From Cetorhinus maximus (Eukaryota), in NCBI RefSeq assembly GCF_964194155.1, contig NC_135892.1, positions 3,472,001-3,536,000 of the forward strand: 64,000 bases of DNA, in the 5' to 3' direction. The position numbers and the translations under genes are program-made. Of this stretch, positions 33,608 to 46,269 are shown piece by piece (within the stretch, counting starts at the first letter, position 1; each line of letters opens with the position of its first letter). Below the pieces are notes generated by a model, which was given only the letters and a program-made list of their open reading frames with translations, was not told the origin of the DNA and did no database searches.

Positions 33608-34547
33608 CCGTGGAGTGAAAAATTGAATTTAAAATTACCCAGCAGCAAAGCCTTTTTACTTTAAAAAAATAAGAGGTTACTTTATTTCACGCTATTGTCC
33701 TGGAAGTTGCCTAAGAAAACATAAAGTTGCTAACACATATACACACACAAAGATTCATTACAGAGGGAGATAAAAATACGACTTATAAAAATTGGATGAG
33801 TTCAGTCTCTCTGTTGTTCAGTACAGGCCTGGTATGATTTGAAATCATGATGCTGCATTGTCTAAAGTGAAGGTCTTGAGGTTGTAGAGTTGTCTCTGCA
33901 GCCGCGATGGCTTCTACTGTTGAAATGCCAGAGTTTCTTTCACAAATAGATTAGTAAACGGAATCAGGCAGGGAGGAGAGAGAGGGGTTTCTTTAGTTCT
34001 CGTTCAAGGAACCATGGTGTGGTCCTTTTATAGCTTGGTTGATGACAGGAATTCAATGGCTGTGCTTGTCAGTCTCTCTGTCCCTGTGTTGAAGCTCTTG
34101 TCGGCTTCTCTGAAGATGTTTCTCTATGTACCTGGCGGCTTGTTGCCTTTTTGTATTACTCTTAGCCAGTGGGCTAGGATGGCCGCTGTACCATGTCACC
34201 TGGTCAAAATTGTTAAGTTATCTCCCAAATAAGGCATCAACACTTCAAAGAGCCCTTCTCCCACCTGTGGTTCTCAGCTATTGTTCTGGTCAAGGCACAA
34301 TTAACATGCTGACAGCCAGGCAGCAACAAAAGCTTGCTATCTCTTGAATGAGACCTCTTTGGACCATAATTAAATTAAGGATTGTCTTTTGTCCACTTGG
34401 AAGGGGAGACACAGTCTGAAATCTACAATTCTGTCTGGTAGTTGGGAGCCATTTGAAACAGTCTTTAAACTCAGTCCAAGATTTAAATGTGTCACCTCCA
34501 AAACAGTTTTTCCAAAAATGTGTAATATCATAACTGCACACCACGAC
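33608..34547. mobile_element. LTR-like sequence related to solo LTR 42441-43658
   Basis: Shared blocks (aatttaaaa..ccagcagca..gcttttt, acacacacaaagatt, gtgaaggtctt); ends ..GACA where the Gypsy pol remnant resumes. Confidence 0.55.
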
Positions 34548-35830
34548 AAAGGGTAGAAGGATTCAGGTAGCGCTGACCTGATCCAGGCCAGCCTTTCTGA
34601 ATGATAAATTATAGTTAGCTGCTTTTCAGCCAGGTCATCCGCTGTAGCATGAGTACATTGTTTCCAGTGTGAGTCATCAGCTGGTATTCACTCACAGTGA
34701 TCAGTTTCTTCCAGTTCATGTGTAAAATTACAGCCACTAACTGTGGCAATTATGCTCTGCTCTGAGTCTCTGCTCAAACCACCTTCACCACTTCCTTATA
34801 TGAAGGTTCCAGGTAATAATTTTGGAGTCTAAACAGTGCTTTTTGACGTTTCTTAGGCATGCTGTTTGGTGGCTTGATCACTACTAATTCTGTGGTGATG
34901 GTGTTTCAATATTTACCCCTTCCAGCTCACGATATAGGCTTCAAATTTATTGTAGGCAAACACAACTGCTAAAAGCTCATTCTCAATGTGCGCACATCTC
35001 AACCCTGCTGATATTAGCACTCTAGATGCACAGGCAACGGGTTGTCCATTCTGCATCATTGCGGCTCAAAGGCCTGATGAAGATGCATTGAATTTGAAGA
35101 GCAATTTCTTCCTTGAGGTGATAGCACTTGGAACTGGTGTGGCACTTCTGCTACCTTGAGCCATTGTGATTTTCTATCCCCTCTGCTTTAAATCTCGGCG
35201 TGGTTTCACTATGTCTGGTACATGTGGAAGTAGCTTACTCAGGTGTTAGATTTGGTGGACATATCTGTTGGACAGTTTTAAAAAGTGATACAAAATCTAG
35301 AGTGGCCATGATGGCATTGCGAGGTGCGCTAGTGCCATCTCTGGCAACCTGCAACACAAGTGCTTTTCTGCAGAGAGCAGTAAATGTTCAAACGAGCTTT
35401 TGAATACTGGCAACAGAGCTTGGCCATAATCTGGAACGAGTGCAGGTAGTAACACTTTTCACAGTGACTGGGGACGAAGCATACAGAATGTATTCCACGT
35501 GGAAAGAATGGGCTGTGTTTGGAGACAGGAACAGGGTGCGCCAATGCTGAGGTAGGCTGCTATATAAATGCAAGTTGTTTCTTCTTTGTAGTGATATACC
35601 AAGTATCCATAACCCAGCAAACGTAATTGAGGTGGCAATATTCTACATTCTCCATCAGAGCCTACAGGTTAAGGCATTTTCTTGACATGGTAAGTGACAC
35701 CAACTAACAAGGATTCTGATAGATGGAATGATTACAGTCAACTTCCAATGAACAAGACAGGCCACATTCCTGAATACCTAGATAATACATCACCTAGATA
35801 TTTCCCCGGGGACATTTACTGCTTTGATAT

Positions 35831-36105
35831 TGTTGTAAGATGCTATGCACAGTTTGCTAGGTCTTATAAAGAGGTTCTGAGACTTAAGTAGTTTAATAGT
35901 AAGTTTTTATTAACTACTAGCAACTATAAACATACGTACAGTATAGGGTCTTAGTTACAAGCTGTCTCCATGCTTGCTTCTACACATGGCTCTGTCCAGT
36001 ACAAGACTGACCTCTAGGCTGTCATGTGTTCCTTTACATCACAGTGTGGGCGGTACTGTGTTCCATCCCATGTTAACCCTTTCTATGCCAGATCCATATA
36101 TTACA
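35831..36105 (-). repeat. 3' LTR (275 bp)
   Basis: Direct repeat of 38978-39255, preceded on - by the PPT. Confidence 0.92.
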
Positions 36106-37462
36106 CCTCCCCCCAAGTATTCAACCAACATAGTTAACCAACATATAACCAACATATAATCCAGTTTACCCAACATGTTTACATTACCCCTTCTCCTCCC
36201 ATCAAATCTTTGAGTTCAAAGGTTCAGGTGGTTTGGAGGCCTTATAATTCTTCTAGACCTGGTCTTTACAACCATTGGAGGAACGGTAGGCTCTGATGTA
36301 GTGGGCAAGCCTTGTGAATAGGCCGTTGTTTTGGATGTGGTCATTGCTTGGTTGCTCTTAATCCTCTTTTTTCATTCTTTGGAGTTGAATCGCTTCTTGT
36401 CAACTCCCTATCTGGTGTTATGGATAGCCATTGGTTTATCCAGTTCTTTATGGGAAGAACAAACTCTCAACTCGTCTGTAGTGTGTATTTTGTTTTTCTT
36501 CCTACGTGCAGTTCACCGTGATGCATGTTGGAATGGAAGTTGTCTCTTCCTGTTGCCTGGGCGTGAGTTATCACTCAGCTCACCTTGCAGTTTGCCTTGC
36601 TGCGCAATGATATTCTCACTAGTTTGGTTCCTTGCCTTAGTGAGGTGTGCTGCGGTTGGTTGATGGCTGCTTCTCTGTTCCAGCATCATCTGGCTAACGG
36701 CCGTACTGGCCGGAGATTGCAGCGTCTGTGTCGTGGTGCCTTGAGCTATCTCACTAACAGATGTTGGAGGTTGAGGCTCTTCTTGCTGCTGGTTCATCTC
36801 TTGGCTTTCTTCCACCCGAGGCATCATGGTAACCATCTGAGTGGTTGGCTGGTCTGACCAAAGAGGAGCTACTGGCTCCTGTAAAAAAAGTGGACAAACC
36901 AGCTCTGCAAAGAGTGAAGGCAATTCAGAGCTGAAGTCCCAGTTGAGAGTGTCTTTTCTGTTGGGATCCTCTGGAGCTCGCAGGTCTGTGTAATTCATGA
37001 CAAAGTTTGTTTTGATGTCTTCTGCTGTTTTAAGAAGATTCAGGGCAACACGTTCATCTCTGCTCTTACGGATGACGTACATAACTTTAAAGATTTATTT
37101 GCCGCTATACCTTAATGGTTCCAGAATCATGCCTGTAACTGGAAGTTGGATTCCTCCGGGCTGGTAGAGTGGTGTGTCTACCACTCGTAGCCAGAGGTCT
37201 CTCAGCTATGGTTCCTTGTCCTAATGGACCGTAACACTGGCTCCCGTATCCAATTAACTCTTTGTGAGGTGACCATTAACGGAGATGTCCATGTTCGGCA
37301 ACAAAAATCATTGATCTTATAACCTTACCCAAGAAACATGGCTGCGGTTCCTCTTGGTGTGATACCTCAACTTCGTGAATTGTCCTGAGATCCTCTGTGC
37401 ATCTGGGTGTTTTAGCTTTGCATAGCTTCCCAAGTGTCCAATGCGGTTGTAATTAAAACATT

Positions 37463-37589
37463 GGCCAGGATTTTGCGGCCCCTTTCGCCCGGTGGAATAT
37501 TACGGTCCTGCCGAACTGAATGGAGATTTAAATGGCTCACCACATTCATCGAGGGAGACACGCCATGGCACAGCTATAAAACCCTGGCC
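37463..37589. mobile_element. 127-bp Harbinger-type MITE inserted in gag
   Basis: TIRs GGCCAGGATTTT / AAAACCCTGGCC and perfect 3-bp TSD ATT. Removal restores CPAISAQCFNYNRIGH. Confidence 0.9.
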
Positions 37590-38977
37590 ATTGTGCTGAG
37601 ATTGCCGGACATTGATCATGTCTGTGGGGTCGCTTGGCTCCATAGTGCTGGCAAGGTCGCTCACCCTCCACTGGTGGGTAAGGTAATCCTTCCCTTGGCC
37701 TGGAACATCCCTGTGCCCCTGCTGTTTTACTAGCTGAGCAATGAGGTTTGCCCTGCACCATGGCTTGCTTTCTCCCCTCAAGATGGATCTGTGCTGTAAA
37801 TGGATTTTGGATTTCCTGACCATTTGAATGGCTTCCTCAAGAGTTAAATCTTCCTTAGTTTGAAGCATGTCTGAGAGTGCATTGTCTGCCACTCCACCAA
37901 TAAATCTGTCCCTGATTAACTCTGATTTCAGGTAGTCACAGCCTTCAGCTATCTGTACAGCTTGTTAATGAAGGAGAAAACTGGTTCTCCTGGCTATTGA
38001 ACATGTTTGTTAAACTTTGCCCTTTCAAGGATCTTGTTACTTCACAGATTCAAATATGTGTCAAATGATTTTAAAACTTCATAAAGTTTTGTTGAGGATT
38101 CATTGATTCCTTGTCTAGCAATAATGGACCTACCAAATAAAGCAGTGTGTTAACCAGTTCAGCTTCTGTCTTTTTATCTAGAACTGAAGCAATTGTGTAT
38201 CTAAGGAATCTCTTTCTCAAAAATCCCCAACTTTGTGACTGTCTGACTTGATGGGCTGAAACCAGTCTGGTAGAGTACATTCTAGACCCATGGTCATTAA
38301 ATTTTAAACGTATGTACAGCTTTAAGGGCTGTTAGGGAATGCAAGATGGCACTGTCATATGTTTCTTCACAATGAAGTTTCCCACGTTTGCCGGTTTTAG
38401 TGGGCTTCCATAGTAATGGCACACGTGATTTTAGTGTTTTAAATTTTTCATAAGTGATTCCCTGAATCGACTTTTTTAGATCTTCCCTGTAGTATCAAAG
38501 TAATTTTGTGTCACGAAACTGTCAATTCCTGACTTTTGTTGGGTCTTTTAACTGCCGATTTTATTTTTAGTTAATTTTTTTTTCAATCAGTGTCAACTCG
38601 GGCTCAGGTCATTCGTGGTTTGTTTTTAAATGGCGATTCTGACTGCTGTTGACTTAAAAGCTTCTTTAAAGTTGTTCTGGCCGAGGACTTAAGTATTTTA
38701 GCTAACCCCCTGCACGGCCTTCTGAATCTGCATCCGCTGGGTATTGAAGCTGGAATTCCACCAGGTTCAGTGGAGTCATCTGCTGCCGTGTGGAGTTTTA
38801 TTTGTGCTTTCTGCTCTCAATCCTGCTCTGGAGCTTTTCTCTGGCAATCTTCTTCTGCGCCTCTGTTTCTGGTGCTTTTCGTCAGGTCAGAATGCTCCTG
38901 TTTTCCCAATCTTCCAAGTTTTAAAATTTCTTCTCCAGCTTCCCCGAGGTTCTGGGTTGTTCCAATAACTGACACCA

Positions 38978-39255
38978 TGTTGTAAAATGTTGCGTGTAGT
39001 TTGGTAGGTCTCATGAACAGGTTCTGCATCTTGTATAGTTTAACAGTAAGTGTTTATTAACTGCTAGTAACTGTATACATATGTACAGTATAAGGTTTAA
39101 GCTACAAGCTGTCTCCATGCTTGCTTCTACACAAGGCTCTGTCCAGTAGAAGACTGACCTCAAGGCTGGGGTCATGTGTTCCTTTACATTACCGTGAGGG
39201 TGACACAATACTCAGTCCCGTGTTAACCCTTTCTGTGCCAGACCCTTATGTTACA
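38978..39255 (-). repeat. 5' LTR (278 bp)
   Basis: Direct repeat of 35831-36105, followed on - by the PBS. Confidence 0.92.
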
Positions 39256-39983
39256 GGTATAATTGAGCAATGATGGGCAGGAGGGAATGGACAGAAATTA
39301 AAATACCAATTTCCTTTTAAGCTGTTTAACTTAATTTTAATTTTGCAAATTCAAATAAAATACACTTCTAAAATAGTTTCAATCAAATTGATATACAACG
39401 GAATGAACGGTATTGTTTTCTTTAATTACTTGCATTTGCCTGCCTACACTTCAGTAGCTTTTAGCTTTTTGTTTTTACACTGAAAGCAGTTTGATGGTAG
39501 AATCAAAGAAATGTTCAAGTTAATCCTATCCTTATGAAAAGGCGATCTCTCCATATTGTATTAAAATCTTATATTTGCATTAACGTTTTGCTGACAAAGC
39601 TTTGCTTCCTTGTGTCATGTTTTTGTCACATGCTTGTTTGCCAGATATTATCCATTTTAAATTCCTGGGCCCGCATTTATATTGGAAGAGTCATGCTATA
39701 ATTGTAACCTCCTATCAGTATCGGGTTGTAGCAGCTCAGCTCTTCATCTCAGTCCCTCAGCTACACCACAAGAAACCCCTGCGCTGAATCCAGTTCGGGC
39801 CTCCCATGTCGCAATAGATTTTGCCACTTAAGCATAAATAATAGCACAAAAACCAGAAGTGTTCTTTAAAAATAAAGACAAAGTTCATGACTTTAAAATG
39901 TGGGCTAGGTTACATCTGTTCACCAGGTCCAACTATTCTTAGCCCTCCGACCCTGTTTTACAATAAGCCTGTACCTACCCTTG

Positions 39984-40669
39984 GGGCTGAATCTTCGGCT
40001 CAGTGAGCGGGGGCGGGGCGGGCTCGCCGAGGTGTAAAATGACGCGGGTGACATCGGGCATGCATCTCGGCATCACTGCGCGTCATTCAGATTTTTAGTT
40101 CGGTGGCTGCGCGCCCGCCAAACTATCAAAGGCCTATTAAGGCCAGTTAACTATCAATTAAACCAATAAACTGAGCTGCCCGTCTAACCTTAAGGTCGGC
40201 GGAGGGGGCAGGTGAGGAGCCCAGGCGGCCTTCGCATTTTTGATGGAACCTCATCTACGGGTGGGATGAGGTTTCATGAAGGTTTTCAAAGGTTTGAAAA
40301 TTTGTAAACTAAAATGAATAGACACGTCCCAGCTCATGTGACAGTTTCACATGAAGGGACATGTCTTAAAAAAAAAAATTTTCCCTTTATTAAATTTTTT
40401 GGAACTTAAAGTAATCTCCCTGAGGCAGCTCTGTGCCTCAGGAAAATTTCTGCGCTCTGCAGACCTCGACTCAGGCAACCCCCTCCCCAACCCCGCCACC
40501 CCCCCCTCCCCCCCCCCGCCCTGGCCCGCACAGGGGGCGCTCAGCGCTTCCGGGTGCGCGTCACGTTGGGACTGGGCCTTAATTGGCTCCCCCCCCCAAC
40601 GTAAAATGGCGGCGCCCAGCTGATCGCGCCCAAACCACCCCCATCCCCAACGGGGGGAAAATTCTCCCC
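39984..40669 (+). mobile_element. Harbinger-type MITE (~690 bp)
   Basis: TIRs GGGCTGAATCTT / AAAATTCTCCCC, flanks ttg/tag; internal homology to the 40708 and 62501 copies. Confidence 0.78.
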
Positions 40670-40707
40670 TAGATTTCCTCTGCGCAACACAGAATGAACA
40701 GCACAAG

Positions 40708-41358
40708 AGCCTGAATTTTACCCTCGGGGTGCACCCAGGATCAGCAAGGCCGGAAGCGGATGCCAAACCCACTCTGGGCTGAGATCGCACCGTGGACATG
40801 ATCTTATCCCGGCTGGCCAATTAATGGCCAGCCAGCTGTGAAACATGCCCGGAGAAAGGCTTGGCACTGCCGGTGGGGGCAGGAAGAGTTCGGGCACTGA
40901 CTTCACCGTGGGCGCTGGTGAGCACTTCCACTGAAGGCAGGCAGCTGCCTCAGGGAGCTGCAGGCCTCCAAATAATAAAACAAAGCTCAAAAATGCTGCA
41001 AAAAAAATGTCTATGCAGCACCATCAAGCACCTGACAGCAAACCTCATTAAAAAGAAACAGCCCCCAGATATTTATCCCGCCCTTGGATGAGGCTTCATC
41101 AAAAATGTAAAGCCCGCCTGGCCGATTGGCCCATCCGCCAGCCTTAAGGTTGGACAGGCCACGAAAATTCGTTTTCAATTGGGCCGTTAATGGGCTTAAT
41201 TGTCGGCGGGCGTTCTTCCCATTTTTGTGCGCGCCCGCCGAGCGAAATATCGTGTGAGCGCGCGATGACATCGGGACACTCGCCTGATGCCATCTCGCGC
41301 GATCTTATGCCCGTTGGGGTCGGGTGTGTTACCAACCTCGGAGCACAAAATTCTGGCC
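40708..41358 (-). mobile_element. Harbinger-type MITE (~650 bp), related to and inverted relative to the 39984 copy
   Basis: TIRs AGCCTGAATTTT / AAAATTCTGGCC, flanks aag/cag; shared aaccttaagg and cctcatc motifs. Confidence 0.78.
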
Positions 41359-41489
41359 CAGACCTTTCAGCCCTACTATTACATGTCAAGTTTATTTTCC
41401 ACTGGGCCCTCCTCCCAACCTCCCTCATTTGACTCTATCAAATGGGAAACCCTAGTTTCCTATCTCTCTCATATAGTTTCCCCTTGTAT

Positions 41490-41710
41490 GCATTTACATT
41501 ATTTACCTCAACCACTCTATGTGGTAACAAGTCCCACATTCTCATCACTCTCTGGGTGAAGAAATTTTTTCTCAATTCCCCATTTGATTTTGCGATGACG
41601 ATCTATATGTTGATGGCCTCCAGCTTTGCTCTTGCCCATAAATGGAGACATTCACTCTGCTTCAACCCATCAAAACCTTCCATAATTTTAAAGACTTTTA
41701 TTAGGTCACC
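41490..41710 (-). mobile_element. Old CR1 3' fragment
   Basis: cccacattctcatcactctctgggtgaagaaat..ttttattaggtcacc. Confidence 0.75.
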
Positions 41711-42440
41711 ACCCCCTCGCCCCACACCCTCCACCCCCCACCCCACACCCTTCGCCAGGATCCACTGCCAGAGATTGACTTAAGGTTTAATGTTTCTCTT
41801 TTAAGATAAATACATTTCAATGCCCACTTTCTGTATGAATACTGAAGAATAAGAATAATGAGAATAAGAATAAAGCCTTAACCAGCGGGATATTGGAGGT
41901 CATGTGGCAGTGTGTAGCATCCTGGGTTCATGCCTCACCACAGGACTTGATCGCCAAGGAAAGTGTGTTCAGAATGTGGCTAAACAGGTTAATTATCGAC
42001 CTTCAAATCATTCTGACACATGCCAGTGGCAGGTAAGAGTAGGGGGGATTCCTGGTCAGCCATCTGATGGAAAAAAACATTGGAGGCTCTACCATCGCTA
42101 CCTGTAACTCCAGACCACCACCTGCATGTAAAAGTGCACATTGCCATGGGAACCCCGATTCCCTGAGTGAACATACCACCTCTAACCAGCAGTATTCCTC
42201 TGAACCCTCAGAGAGTGCTTGATAGGTCTTTCTAAAACCAACATGGCCCTGTAACACTCTAAACTTTTTATCCTAAGCCCACTTTCAGTTCATTTTCAAA
42301 ACTATATCCTAGCCTAATAATGTACATGGCAACTACACTGTAGTTTGATGTATTAATAAATACGGGTTGTTTCATAACAGGTTCCTAGCCAAGGACACTG
42401 AGAATGGCAGCCCTGCAGATATTGTGCAACCTTTCACTGT

Positions 42441-43658
42441 GGTTACGGACAGGATGTGTGTGGTCCGAAATCAGGATGCTTGTGTGTAAGGTGTGTGCAT
42501 TCCCTTACCCACAGAGTGACTTTTCTTAATTTAAAAATAAATTCCAGCAGCAGGCTTTTTGGTGCTTTTTAAAAGTAAAGAAGGTTATTTATCTTCACAC
42601 ACTTGCCCCAAATGTTTGAACGCAACATCTCAATCACTCATCTCACTCACACTATCACACACACAAAGATTAGGTTCAGATTAAGCTAAAGCCGTAATTA
42701 TCAAAATGGAATTTATAACTCAGTCCTCAGAGGGAATTCAGGCCTGATGTCAACTTGGCTGAATTGATATTTTAGTTGGAGTGAAGGTCTTTTAGAACCA
42801 AAGGATTCTCAGGAAGCTGCAAAGCGCTTTTTAAAAATTCATTCCTGGGATGTAGGTGTCGCTGGCTAGGCCAGCATTTATTGCCCATCCCTAATTGCCC
42901 TTGAGAAGGTGGTGGTGAGCTGCCTTCATGAACCGCTGCAGTCCCTGTTGTGTAGGGACACCCACAGTGCTGTTAGGGAGGGAGTTGCAGGATTTTGACC
43001 CAGCGACAGTGAAGGAACGGCGATATAGTTCCAAATCAGAGGAATCGTTGCAGGTGAATAGACAGGAGGTTGACTCTCAGGCGGACTTGGAAGCGGGAAC
43101 AAGTACAGTGCTTTGGCTGCATTATAAAACTTTCAGCTATGATGGTTCAGCTGTTTCAGCTGTATCTTGGTGATGCTTCACATGCTTCTCGTATGCACAC
43201 ACATAGATTTGTTCAGATTGCATTATACTGCAGTCCCTGGAAGTTAGTTTCCGCCACATGACTGCAGGGTTAACACTTCTGGGGTCCAGACTGCCACAAT
43301 GCAATAGCAGTTGAAAATGGTCATTCACTCTTAGCTCTGTCCCAACTTGAGTTCAGACATTCTCCTTTGTTCAATTTGGTACTTGGAGACCAATAGTCTA
43401 AAGATTTCATAATCCTCAAACACTGATTCACCCTTACACAGTAAGAAGTTTAAACTTCACAGGTGGCTGTGAGCCCCCTTTATTCAGGTCCATGTTTAAC
43501 TAAATATTGACCACAGAATCGAATACTGTCCACAGTTTAAATGTCCATAGACACATGTTAAGTTGCAGCCATCTTGACAGAGTTTGTGGCCATTTCCACA
43601 AAATATGATCTTACAGTCCATAATATCCGATATCCTCATGCTTGTTTGGAGTGTGACA
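42441..43658. mobile_element. Solo LTR with a LINE tail inserted at ~42830-43035
   Basis: Termini gGTTAC...GTGACA flanked by direct repeat CTGT (42437-40 and 43659-62); homologous to 33608-34547. Confidence 0.65.
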
Positions 43659-44232
43659 CTGTGCGCTGGAGAACTGGGTCACTGTGGGTGTTCCTACACC
43701 ACATGGACTGCAGTGGTTCAAGAAGGCAGCTCACCACCACCTTCTCAAGGGCAATTAGGGATGGGCAATAAATGCTGGCCCAGCCAGTGAAGCCCACACC
43801 CCATGAATGAATTTTTAAAAATCACTTCTTTCCAGCAGTAAAGGTTGGCTAGCAGTTGGCAAACGGCATTCTGTGTAAACCTATATACACACACCACTAC
43901 CCCAACATCAGAGCAATATTAATAGACAATACAAATTTATTGTTTACATTAGTTTGAAATGAGAACAGAAACCACCTTGATTCATTATAAAATGTTGTCA
44001 AATCAGCCAAGGCAGTTGCAACTACTGCACAAAGTCACAAAATCCCCCATAATTCTGCACCAGAGTCAAAGGGAACAATAAGGATTACTAGTACAGAAAA
44101 CAGAAATATGGCACAAGTCCAACACAAAATCTTTGAGGTCCAGTGTATATGAGCGCTTTCACAATCGTGGTATGTAATAAAGAAGATCAACATTCAAAAT
44201 CATTTGAGCTAACAGGTAAGACCTTTATATAA

Positions 44233-44868
44233 AAACTGAACTGGACCAGCCATATAAATACTGTGGCTAGAAGACCAGGTCAGAGGCTGGGAATTCTGCA
44301 GTGAATAACTCACCTCCTGACTGCCCAAAGCCTGTCCACCATCTACAAGGCACAAGTCAGGAGTGTACGGAATACTCTCCACTTGCCCAGATGTGCGCCG
44401 CTCCTACAACACTCAAGAAGCTCAACATCGCCCAGGAAAAAGCAGCCTGCTTGTTGGCAACCCATCCACAAACATCCACTCGCTTCATCACTGATGCGCA
44501 GTGGTAGCAGTGTGTATCATCTACAAGATGCACTGCAGAAACTCACCAAGCCTCCTTAGACAGCACCTTCCAAACCATGACCATCTAAAAGGACAAGGGC
44601 AGCAGATGCATGGGAACATCACCACCTGGAAGTTCCCTTCCAAGCAACACACCATCCCAACTTGGAAATATATCGCCATTCCTTCACTGTTGCTGAGTCA
44701 AAATCCTGGAACTCCCTCCCTAACAGCACTGTGGGTGTACCTACTCCACAGGGACTCCAGCGGTTCAAGAAGGCAGCTCACCACCACCTTCTCAAGGGCA
44801 ATTAGGGATGGGCAATAAATGCTGGCCTGGCCAGCGAAGCCCACATCCCATGAATGAATAATAAAAAA
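44233..44868 (+). mobile_element. L2/Crack-like LINE 3' portion (shorter tails at 43680-43820, 46925-47030, 56730-56935)
   Basis: EYSPLAQMCAAPTTLKKL..IYKMHCRNSP and the family tail. Confidence 0.88.
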
Positions 44869-46269
44869 ATTCTTCAACACCTTTTTAATAACAGTGGGAA
44901 ATATGGGATATGGAGAGAGAGCCTGAGAGAGAATAGTGCCGGATTTTCCGTTTTTAAAAACCTAAATCCCAGAAACTGACCTTAAAACTTGGGATGGAAA
45001 TGTTAAATTTATGCAACAGGAACATTCATGATGTTCAGCACGCCACGCAAAAAAGTATGAATGGAAACAAAACTGTAATCATATCCCATTGTAATCATCT
45101 GGAAAGAAAAACTATTTCCAGACCAGACACTACATTTAAAGGGAAATAAACAGGGACAGTCGGGGATTCACTTTCTCCTCTAACAGGTCCTGATAACGGT
45201 TGGTACTCTCTAGGACACCTGCTGGGCCAACCATTACCGTGGTTCTGCTAGTCTAGCACCTTGGCGGTCTTTTGTGGCACGTCCATATCTTTTTTCAGAG
45301 TTATTGACTATCAGATTGTTTGTTTCAAATGCCTTCTAATGAATTATCTTAATTGCATTGAAGTTCATTTTTAAATGTTACATATTGGTGTCCATTTTTG
45401 ATGAAGTCTAGAGTGTAGTTGGATCATCACAAAGAGAATATTGCTTCAATGTGCACCATGTTATCGCAGTTATATCTATCATATATACTCTTTCAAATGA
45501 TGGAACAAATCTCATGTCCTTTACTCCGACACTCACATCAGGTCAAATTTAAACGTCACCATGAAAATCTCTGCACTATTGAAAAAAAAAACCTCATATT
45601 GTTGTAGTAGTACAGAGGGATTTTTTCATTTTGCATCTGATTGTGTTGTATGTGACGAGAGGGCGCCCGATATCGACACTGGCTACGCAAATTAAAGGTT
45701 TATTCGGCTGCCCAGGTGTGGGCCGACCCATCAATACTGAAGGTTCACTCCAGTCATTGGATTCTGCTCCTTAGCAACTTCAGTTCCAATGAGATTTGCA
45801 AACTTGTCCATTTTTCATTGTTCATCAACTCACGCCATTGGGTCAAGGTCTGCGAGTTTTAGCCAGTTACAGAATCCTGCCTCCTTCATTTTCAATGCTC
45901 AATCCACACACAGTGCACGGACAAAAGTTGTCGTGGGATCAACGAGGGACCTGGGGAGCCGTTATATCGAGAAAACAGCATCTGCACATTTCCTCTTACT
46001 TCTTTCCTGCCCTATTCCGGCGTCATTGAATGTTAAATCCTCATCTAAATTATGAATCCACCCCCCCACCCCGCTTCCAAGTGACTCCGCCTGTGCAAGA
46101 GTGCGTGTGTATGATGGGGCGGGTGACTACCTGCTCACCTTGCCGGAGATAAAGGTACCTGCTGATTCCTCTCTCTGCCAGACTCCTCTGCTACTGTCGA
46201 GCATGCAGCTTCTGAAAAATTAAATCACAGAAATCTCCACCAGCTGACTGATGTTTACTGAATTCAGCC

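Larger units (their letters stand above)
31091..35160 (-). mobile_element. Decayed Ty3/Gypsy element (RNase H and integrase remnants, PPT, probable 3' LTR 31091-31592 spanning gap 31261-31514), interrupted at ~32460-34547
   Basis: - strand NASSSGL*AAMMQNGQPVACASRVL...IENELLAVVFA (RNase H, ~34940-35095) and PHYLQSNGKAKNAI (integrase, ~31960-32010); PPT GGGGGGGGGAAG abutting TG at 31592. Confidence 0.78.
35831..39255 (-). mobile_element. Complete non-autonomous Ty3/Gypsy LTR element (gag plus protease, no RT/RH/IN seen)
   Basis: LTRs 35831-36105 and 38978-39255 (TGTAA...TACAACA on -); PBS TGGTGTCAG; PPT TTGGGGGGAGG; TSD gatat/ggtat; gag motifs RFLRYTIASVLDKK..LVNTLLYLVG and IRDRFIGGV..DLTLEEAIQM; protease LDTGASVT. 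Confidence 0.92.
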
